Positions 54,546 through 64,000 of a stretch of 64,000 nt of DNA are shown piece by piece. Origin of the DNA: Tubiluchus corallicola (lineage: Eukaryota > Animalia > Priapulida); the NCBI GenBank assembly GCA_030141605.1, contig JAQGDQ010000187.1:248001-312000 (forward strand). Reading direction: 5' to 3'. The notes beneath the pieces were generated by a model. It searched no databases. It saw only the letters and a program-made list of their open reading frames with translations, and was not told the origin of the DNA. Each line of letters begins with the position of its first letter. Within the stretch, counting starts at the first letter, position 1. The position numbers were made by a program, and so were the translations under genes.

Positions 54546-55319
54546 TAAAAATTTATATAATTAAACACGCATGCATACACACAGATACGTGTGCTACTAT
54601 ATCCATTGTATTTATTAAATAAGAGGTGCTAGTAAAATATACGGCGAATGAGAGAATAAATGAACACAATTCATACTACAATTCTTTCAGTACTGCACTA
54701 GATAGCGGATTATTTCATTCAGTAAAAAACATAGTCTACTTGTGTCATGATCAGCAACTTGGCCAACTTCACGTGACGAATTTTTCAATTCAGTTATTTG
54801 TACAATTTGCAGTCCCTATTAGATTCAATTTTGTGCGCTATTTTACCTCTCATCATCATAATAAGTATCAATCTTCCGCTTGTGTGACAAATTCATATTT
54901 ATTATAATATAATCTCTCATTATTATCATCCGTTTTTTTATTATCATTATCATTATTATTATCATCATCATCATCATCATCCGTCGGTACAATCTCACAG
55001 ATGATACTTGTTGACGATACTTATTGTCGTATAACTGATGATACAAACGAGTGCTGGATCCTCAGTTGTAAAGTACATAGCTAAACTATGTAAAAATTAC
55101 CTATTTTTATGTAATCTCACTGACTTTGTATTACAAATACGAGTAGGTAGAGGGGCAAAACTTTACCACAACAGAATACATTGTCACTAACTAAATGTAA
55201 CAACCTAATACTATTAACTCTCTAGGTATATTTTTAGATTTTGTATGTAATACGAAAGGTAAGAAACAACCGTTTCTGTCTCGCCCAGTCTCACACAGGG
55301 TTTAGTTTTCACTTTGGGC

Positions 55320-55995
55320 TTTCTAGGAGGCGAAGAACCTGCACGAATCAGTGTTACAGTGCAAAAAAAACTTCGGGAAACATGTGTAAACACTTTCTAG
55401 ATAAAAATAACTTTTAAATCCGCTTGGGCGATTTGGAAATAATAACAACACTCCAACGAAGAGTGCAAAATGATCGAAACGATCTAGAAAGTGTGAAAAC
55501 GTCATTTAGAAAGATGCCCAATTCGAGCACTTTAACAGCGCTTAAGGCAATGGCAAATAACCTGCCGAATAAAACATCCGCGGTGAAGGTTTGCGACACA
55601 AAGTTCATTATAAGATCTTAGATGACAAATTAGCAAACAGATCAAATGGTCAACAAGTTACATGCCAGCTTAAAGAAATTAACTTCAAATCTAATTTCTG
55701 CACAAAAAGCATTTGAGAAAATTAAACTGAAAGTAGATGAGCTTAAAAAACTGTCCTATAAGCAGCGCTGTCAAAAGCAAAGATCCGGAAGGTATAAAAT
55801 AACATCCCTGCAAGCCAACAGTAGAAACGCCCGCCGATGTTAACGTTAAGTGCTCCTATTAGCCCGAGCGCGATGTGATTATTAACGTGCGGGACAGTTA
55901 GTCTGGTTAGTATAAGTGCCAAAATAAGCCTTTTCACAGTTCCAACAATTGATGATGATCCTGAAAAGGTCAAAGATTAAGTGTGTCAGATAACG
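55320..55995 (+). mobile_element. Possible decayed LINE ORF1-like remnant
   Basis: Consecutive broken plus-strand ORFs, one with a lysine/leucine heptad pattern (LKKLTSNLISAQKAFEKIKLKVDELKKL), followed by ISLFTVPTIDDDPEKVKD. The order is reminiscent of CR1/L2 ORF1 proteins. Confidence 0.25.
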
Positions 55996-58237
55996 CATTT
56001 GTGTACACTTGACAACGCCTCACAGCTAGGCTACTGTAATAGTAACAGTTTTGACGTATTTTAACAGGTAACTCGAACCTTACCTAGTTCATTTTTTCTT
56101 GTTCTCAAACAAGATCCTAACTAATAAATCACTCTACGCACAGCAAATGCATAATTAAGTAAAGTCTACCTAAAACAACTTGACGCGGCAGACGCGCACG
56201 TCACGTGACGGTTGTAGTTAAGACGCGTTGACAGTCATACAAATATGGTAACTGCAACCAAAATCATGAGTATGTGAAAAATACTCAGAAATTGAAAAAT
56301 ACAAATCCAACGATTAAAATGAGCCTGCAAAAATGCATAAAGGTGTGCCGCGTTAATATCACTTTTTGTCTGACTGCAGCACCTTATAAAGAACTTTGCA
56401 AACTCTAACCAAGTTGATATCATACCGCGCAGAAAATAGAAGCAGAAGATGCTGCTAAACAGTTTGGGCTCATTAGTTACAGAGGCTAATGCAAATTTGC
56501 TGATAACAATAGAGGTGGAGTATTGTGAGTTGCAATATTAAAAGCTGTCGGCCAGTAGATCTTAGGCATCATCTGAAAACATGAAAACTTGTATAGTAAC
56601 ACCTCGAAATTGTTAAATTAGTGCAAGAGATGATTTGCTAATAGCTAAATTCAGTATTTCAACTACCTAACTGCAGTCATTTTCGAGGCCCACAAACTAA
56701 CTTCCGTTAAGTCGTTTGAAGTGTTGAGTTCCTCTATTAGTAAATCATCACCCATTTAACGATTTGAGCACATAAAAGAACAACAAAGTAAAGTAATTTC
56801 GTAATATAATTCATTTAGATTCGCACTAAACCTCGTATTTAAAATTTCGGTTAATTTCAAATTGAAATTCCCAAAAAACAGAGAGCAGAGTTAATTTTAA
56901 TGTAAAAATATTCAATACGTTTTATTCGAAAAATTAGCCAGGCTAATAATAATTCAAGTAGGAATTTATTACAGTAAACCTGTGTTTCCTTTGATTTTGG
57001 ATTCCGAAGAAGTTTTTGGTGAGGTCGATTCCTTTCAGTTTATGTTTGTAACACTTCTGTCGTTCGGCAGCATATTATAATTTTATTAAGACCGGCCGTG
57101 AAGCCATAAACAATGTCCTTGTGGGTTTGTAAAATAATTATAAGAAATTCGATCAGAGTACGTTGCGAGGTTGAGTTCCCGTGGGCAAATACCCACTTTT
57201 TCATAACTGCAGAGATCATAAACATTCATTTTTGCAGCTAACCAAAGAAACAAACATACGCAAATGTTGCGATTTTTGTAGCCATTCTAGTTTTTTTCAA
57301 AATAGTAAATATACCCATTGGCTTTGTAGTTCTTTTAGCATCTGGGTTGAATTTGAAGGATTAAAATTGTGGCTTCATTACGAAAGTTTCAAAGCTATAT
57401 CGTTTTGAACATTTAAATTATGAGTCATATATAAAACTCTATACTGCAGGGGAAAATAAGGCAATGTAGTAAAGAATTCTATAGTCATTTTTCTTCTATT
57501 AGACAAATCGATCAGATCTCCAAATCGATGAGATCATGTAAATTTTTTATTTCAAAATATTGTTTTTTTGATTGTAATCTTTGATATTTCTGGAGTATTT
57601 CCGTCTAGAAAATATTCAATGCGCTTGTTTTGACACCCTGATATTTTTCTTTGCCTAAGCTTGCAAATAGTGGTACACGTGTCTTTCAAAGATTATCAGT
57701 GTATCGTAGTTTGTAATGTTCTATTGCTTTGACTAGCGATTTAATTAAAAAGATAATACCTCTTTCTGCACCTTATCGGATTAAGGTTTTATTTGCTTAG
57801 AACTTAAGTGAAGCCAAGTAGTTCACCGTGAGGTTATTGCTCCGGTGATTTAACTCTGTTCTGGTGCTGCCATCTACAAGCGACTGTAGGAATCATGATA
57901 GGTTGGATAAAACACTAAAATATTTTAGATTTTCGAGAAAGACTTGTTCTTACGGAAAACAAAACAGTGCTACTTGAATCTTATGAATTAAATTCGATAA
58001 CATTTGCAGCCGTTTTAGTTTGTCTAAGTACTGAAAGATAAAAAACAAATGAGTTACTTTTGTTTGTTGTCCCTGCGGTGGACTGGTGGTTAAACTGGAA
58101 CTGAGATCAGCACCAATCTGGCTAAAAATTTATCGTAACTCTATAGCTGAATTATAAATGTTAGTGAGGCTGTCTGTATTTCATGTCGTGGTCGTTTCCG
58201 CGACATTTTTTCACTGAACTGTACTTCATTTTTGCAG

Positions 58238-58339
58238 ACATGGAGACGACCTGATCGTGACGCCATTTGCACAAATTCTTGCCAGTTTGCGGAGTGTGAG
58301 AACCAACTTTATACACTTAACGAATATTCCAGCTCAGAA
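58238..58339 (+). CDS. PDE4: PDE4 common exon, C-terminal UCR1: [33 protein letters not shown](K)
   Basis: Acceptor tttttgcag ends at 58237 and donor GTAAGT starts at 58340; 102 nt, phase 2-2. [12 protein letters not shown](V/I)LASLR is a highly conserved PDE4 motif. Confidence 0.97.
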
Positions 58340-59711
58340 GTAAGTAATATGCATTCTTTTTCAAACATTTGTTGCTAATATTTACAAGGCTGAAGAAAGA
58401 TATAAACGCTCATTTGTTCCTGTAGGCTTATTTCAAGGTTTCTGTAACAGATTTTATTCTATTATTAGGAAAAAGTTGCAAATTTCACAGACTGTCTGCC
58501 AGCATATTTGTTTTTATTTATGTTCTTAGACAACATGATATTTCTGAAGACCAACAGTCTAATTTTCTATGTTTACATCAGCCTCTTTAAATGGCAATGA
58601 TAGAGTTATAATGATTTCATCTCGATGTGAAGAGCTATCGCTACGTCATTTTAACAAGTTGCTTCATAATGTTTTTGAGATGTCTACCACCCACAGCTGC
58701 ATAAATTACACTGATTCATATGCTTTTTCATTGATTAATAAATTCATCATAAAGCCTGAAAAGCAAGGTTTAATTTATCTTTTTTAAATAAGTCAGGTGG
58801 TTTCTTTTGCAATCATGCTGTACTGTGTACTGTGTACTGTGTATAATAATTGTGGCATAATAATTAGCGGGGAGTTATTTTTCATCCGCGCTAGCTCTTC
58901 TGCTGCAGCATAAAAACTCTTCGTTAAGCCGTCTGTTTTCATCTAAGCTGACTGTTTTTCATCCCGACACGTGAGCTTAACTCGAGTCGCGCCATCGCTA
59001 TCCAGTCTTTGTCAAACTTAACTAATGATTTTAATTAGACCCTGGCTAGAGCTTTTCAATTCACCCTCGGAAACTTTAATTATGGTCATCTATTGTGGGG
59101 TTGCCATGACGACCAGCGCTGCGTGCTCGTTTCTGTAAATGCGGCCGGGGTTTATCGTAATCACCGCGCTTGCGCAATTGGGTCACATTTGGCTTCCCAT
59201 GGTGCTGGCTTCCTTCATCACATCGAAATTGTAGTAGACCATAACAAGAAGCATTTCGCTTAAAGGTCAGAGTGAGGAGATTCGCTTTTCATGTGAAGTG
59301 TGTCATACTGGTAGCTATATGTTTCACTTGAGAGTGTAAATCATATGCTACGATTTTTAGAAATGTTTGAACTGTTTGACGATTTTGCTTTGAGCACAGA
59401 TTTATGAATACTCGAGTGAATGCCCAATGTCGCTTGTAATCTATGTCGCATCGGCGATGGTTAGCAATAATAATACTAAACATTCTCGGTATGATTTTTA
59501 GTTGTTATAATGAAATAGTCGAACAAGCGCAAGTTTTTTTTCGCTTTTTCGCGTCCTAAAGTCGCTAAAGCTTATCGTTTGTGAAAGTAGCTTTGTGTAC
59601 TTTTACAATAGGCTGTTGTTTGATTGACTGCGAAATTAATGTTTGGTTTTTCATTCAGTGTATGAATTTGCAAGCTCTTCTCTAATTTATTTATTTTTAT
59701 TGCGTTTTTAG

Positions 59712-59773
59712 GGCTGCACGACGGTCGGCAGCAACGGCCCCAAACACTCCTCAACAAAAACCTCCCACTTCTG
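59712..59773 (+). CDS. PDE4: PDE4 small linker (LR1) exon: AARRSAATAPNTPQQKPPTS(D)
   Basis: Acceptor gtttttag and donor G|GTAAGT. The 62 nt convert phase 2 to phase 1, exactly as needed between the flanking conserved exons. Open frame and GC-rich relative to the intron. Confidence 0.88.
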
Positions 59774-61657
59774 GTAAGTCTTTTTGAATCATTATGCAAC
59801 ATATAACTTTGTTTAGCAGAACGTTTTCATGGTTTTTGTGAACTGAGAAGATGATTTGTATCTTGCTATGTTAACTGAACAATTTATATAAAAATAAAAA
59901 AGTTATCAACTTATGTATGAGAATTTTGCTTGAGATACACTGATGAATGGTTTGCCACAGTCAAATCTGCTATTCTATACATAACATAGACTGTTATTTG
60001 ATTGACAATGAAATTTATGCTTAGTCTTTCCTTCTGTATATGATTTGCTAAACTATTCATTAATTTGATTGAACTGCTTCAAATTAAATGTGACCATGTA
60101 TAAAAAACATAGTAAGATGTTTTGCTACAACTTTTCAAAATAATAGCTAATTATGATCTGGTAACATGTTGACATGACTTTATTATGTACTTATCCATTC
60201 TCTTATTGCTCATCTATTTATTTATTCATTTATTTGTCACTCATCTACAGTCATTATTCAATTTTAATTCAATCGATTTTATTTCCTCAACTTTCGATTC
60301 ACATTATAATGTTATAGAAGTAGAAAATTTCAATAATATATGGGTAGGAGCAGCGAAAGACCAATTGGTCACTAACTCAGCTGTTCCTTTTTTAACAACA
60401 GAATTTTTTGAGAGGCGCAAATGAAAATGCAAATAAAAAATACCAAAGCGTAAATATCTTATATCTTAACAATCCCAAGGCAAAACAAAAGGCAAATGAG
60501 AATCATAAATCAGCTCAAAGCAAAAGCAATTAAAGCATTAATTATAGTAACTAATTTTAATTACTAGCAGAAATAAAAACTTCTACTGACCAATGACCAT
60601 GCTCAATTCATGATAACAGCAAAGCTTCTGTGGGTAACTGTGTTTTAGCTATCATATATAATGATAATTATAAAAACTCCTGCTGACCATGCTCAGTTCA
60701 TGATGATTGCAACGCTCTTCTGGGTAATTAGCCGTAGTTAACAAAATGATAAATTTTCTTTGTAAAAAAATCCAAAGTACACACGATATAATTATCAAAA
60801 AACCAACTAACTTCTCAAAATTAATGCTGATCTTGACGCAGCTTCAACCGTAGGAGTGTGGCAACAACGAATCAAAGGGTACATTATCAGTAAAAATATC
60901 AGGAAAGTAGCACTTCACTTCTAAGCACATGTGGAATAGATTCCGTGATTTACGCAATAATTAAATGATAAATGCTACGTTCGCTAAAATTAGGAGTTTT
61001 TAGCTTTTTGTGGATAGTGGTGATCAGGATGCTGCTGGAGGAGTTTTTAGCTTTATGTGGATCTGGGTAATCTAATGAATATATTTTGCTATTTTACACT
61101 CATGTAAACTTGCGTCTTTTGGAAGAAAATTGCAAGTAAGCCTAATATTTTCAAAGTCATATGTCTTCTGCAGCTTCCGAGCTTCTGCTCCAATATAATC
61201 ATATTGCTCATTTTAATTAAACAATTATACAGAACGCTTTCGAACAGCACTGAATAAAGCAGACTTTCTAATTGAGAATAAAAAGCTGAATGTGGTACAT
61301 AGTAGAAGTAAGGCTATGAGATGTTTTATAACATCCGTGTGTAGGAGTAGAAAATGGCCATAGCTGACACACGCGAACTAAGCCGCAGTTGTTTAGTTAA
61401 TGTAGCTGTTAACACTCTGAGTTGAGTGTTAGTAGGTCAGTATAGTCAATCGTCCCAATTCGTCCCTCATGAAAAACGTGGGATCTTATGTTATGCTGAG
61501 ATTTAGAGTCTGCACACTTAACTAGTCACTTGTAGCTTTTGTTACAACCAGGAGCAGACATTAAAATATGAATAGCTGTCGGCTTTTTCAATCGCTGTTC
61601 TTTCTTGCAGAAACTGATATTTTACAGAAGTTCATTATTAATTAATTACTTTTACAG

Positions 61658-61770
61658 ATGAAGCCGTTCAGAAGATGGCTATAGAAACGCTAGAAGAATT
61701 AGACTGGTGTTTGGATCAGTTAGAGACCATTCAGACACATCGATCTGTCTCAGACATGGCTTCCAATAAG
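61658..61770 (+). CDS. PDE4: PDE4 common exon, N-terminal UCR2: [37 protein letters not shown]
   Basis: Acceptor ttttacag and donor AAG|GTTGTT; phase 1-0. [15 protein letters not shown]...SVSxMASNK is the UCR2 signature. Confidence 0.97.
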
Positions 61771-62408
61771 GTTGTTTTTTATTTTTGTTTGTAAATTACA
61801 CAGAAATTCAACAGCCTGCTTATAACAAAATGGTAACAAGCAATTAACTTTCGTCTTGCTTACTCTATTTGCCGGGTAATCCGATTTTCTAAGAAAAATC
61901 GTTTGAAATGGAATATCACGTGTATTGTTATATAAATCTGGAAGGGTCCACCCACACTTTCTAGTCATCTAATTTACTAGGTTTCTCAACTTTCTGCTTG
62001 CTGTTCAGTGAAGTTAGAAATGTCTTACTGACTCTTTGCCTCACTGAGTTGGTTTTCATGTAGATTGTGCTGGCTATAAGACAGGAGTCTCAATCTTTGG
62101 CTCCCTAATTCTTATCACTTATTTTTTGTTTGCTCGCATAAAGAATTGAACAGTACGTGTATGCAGCCTGTTAGTATTTCCTTCCTCAAAATGAATTCTC
62201 TCGAGATCGGTATTTTTTCATTATTCACATAATTTAAAACCAACTACATAATTTAAATGTTTCCAGTTCAGTATTGTGCAATTTCCAAAATCATTTCACA
62301 GAACATATTCTATATTATTAGTATATTATTCCTTATTTATACTATTTCTAATTGAAAGTTCATGCCTTGAAAAAGATTTGTCATATTCTGAATAAAAATA
62401 GTGTTTTA

Positions 62409-62492
62409 ATGGAGATAATTGAAGACTGCAGAAAGCCAATAAGACTGAACAAGTTACCTTGTATACTCTTGCAACCCTGGCTGCCTGTATTT
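62409..62492 (+). CDS. Speculative super-short-isoform first exon: MEIIEDCRKPIRLNKLPCILLQPWLPVF
   Basis: ATG at 62409, 28 codons, possible phase-0 donor TTT|GTATGT matching the FKRMLNRE exon. The exonic donor context is weak. Confidence 0.25.
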
Positions 62493-63412
62493 GTATGTAG
62501 AGCATTTATAGGTGCCTGTGAAAGCAAATTACTTTTGCTACTAATAGATGTCTTCCTGCTGCTCAATCGATTAGTTTGAGATTCAGACCTTTACAACCTG
62601 ATTATTTATTTCTCTGCAACTGGGAATCTGAATCAGGCTGACTACTGTCACCAGTTGCTATACTTGAAATGCAATTATGCAGGTTAGCAGCAGAAGATGT
62701 GAATGCTATAAGTCTCCCTGGCTGTCATTTAGCTAATCTTCGTGATTAGGTACTCACCTTTAGTTAAGTTTCGTCTATTATAAATGGATCTTAGATAACT
62801 CTTTTTCATTGGGTGGGCTTCCATCCCGGCTTCTAGAAAAGTTGGAGTAATTGAAAAGGGCTGATATTTCTATCAGAATTTATCAGATGCTGTAGCTAGT
62901 TTGTATTACTGATGCCGTATGCATTTAGAATGTGCAGTGATTAAGATGTATGGTTACCCACCAGGCACCAGGCATAATTTAATAGTTTAAGTTTGAAATG
63001 TGCAAAATATGGCAGCGTGCAAATTATTTTTATTTAATTTGACTTTAACAAGGATTTGTCTGAGCTTCTTCACATTTTGGACTTCTCACAAACTGAAAAC
63101 ACTATTTCCACGTAATTAATACTTGAAAGTATATAGGATAGGATGATTTGCTATTTGCTTATAATGACTATGACAGGTGATAAATTTTCACAAAATGCCA
63201 CTGCACTTGAAAATCAGGTATACATTGTATACAGTTATAGCTATGAATTTTGATTGTTTTCCATTGTTTTGCATATTTTATATGTGCAAACTAATAAGTG
63301 TTGCAGAAATTATTAAGGTTATAATAATGAAATAATTGCTTGTGAACCTACATTTTATTCTTAGTTTAAAAATTTGGCATATTTTACAATTTTTGTTATT
63401 CCTTGTTTTTAG

Positions 63413-63506
63413 TTCAAGAGAATGTTGAATCGAGAGCTAGGACATTTCTCTGAGTCCAGTAAATCAGGAAACCAAATATCTGAGTACATCTGCAACACAT
63501 TTTTAG
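63413..63506 (+). CDS. PDE4: PDE4 common exon, C-terminal UCR2: [31 protein letters not shown](D)
   Basis: Acceptor gtttttag and donor G|GTAAAT; 94 nt, phase 0-1. Contains the FKRMLNREL...SGNQ(V/I)SE(Y/F)I..TFLD signature. The gene continues past the window end. Confidence 0.97.
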
Positions 63507-64000
63507 GTAAATATTTGTTTTGTAGTTTGTAATTGATGTAAGTCAGAAAAGAAATCTAATAAGTTAATGAACCCATGCATATAAACTAGTTTCTAGTTCT
63601 TATAAACTCATCAACCATGCAAAAAGAATATGATTCTATGCAATTAGAAGTATAGCCTAAGGAGTTAAAGCTGTCAATTGCGTCTACTGATGCAAGACAA
63701 GTAAAAGAAATAAACCACTTGTATGATCCCAATAATAAACAGAGTCACTAACTATATTTTTGCACACTGCACACTGGGAGCCATCAGTGCAGTGCATAGA
63801 CTTCACCAATATTAAAAGTGCCTCTGAATTGTTAGAATTTGTGGTTAGTTTGAATTAGAAGTTGGATTATGTCCAATATGATGTATGCTAGCACTGCGTT
63901 AGACTAAATCAGCATCGTTGATGCTGTTAACATCCTAATAAGGATAGTCGGGTTTAGTAACTACACAATGACAGAAAGGAGAAAATGTTATAAAAGTAAC

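Noticed and set aside
60580-61075. Short local duplications (gaccatgctca.ttcatgat twice; ggagtttttagcttt.tgtggat twice)
   Set aside because: Ordinary slippage-type duplications with no further structure.

Overview
AT-rich animal (probably invertebrate) genomic DNA. Almost the whole window is the 5' half of one large, intron-rich, plus-strand gene for a cAMP-specific phosphodiesterase of family 4 (PDE4/dunce). Five common exons assemble by hand with GT-AG boundaries and matching phases: 40705-40890, 58238-58339, 59712-59773, 61658-61770 and 63413-63506. They encode UCR1 (with the RRES PKA site), LR1 and UCR2; the catalytic domain should lie beyond the window. Three ATG-initiated alternative first exons all end in phase 2. 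Exon 2503-2672 ends RRHSWI-C, like vertebrate PDE4D3. Exon 31751-31890 lies just downstream of a perfect CRE. Exon 54203-54435 enters mid-UCR1 and so bypasses the PKA site. A weaker super-short candidate lies at 62409-62492. The introns hold a 2.7-kb TTAA-flanked TIR element, hAT-type and other MITEs, decayed LINE pieces, 5S- and tRNA-derived SINE-like heads, a 135-bp tandem repeat, microsatellites, and clusters of CRE, RFX, NRF1, ETS and CTCF-like motifs. There is no prokaryotic system and no CRISPR array, and most ORFs in the supplied track are spurious. I did not find a wholly new biological system; the most interesting signal is the isoform and promoter architecture of this PDE4 locus. Everything was read by eye and no database searches were run.
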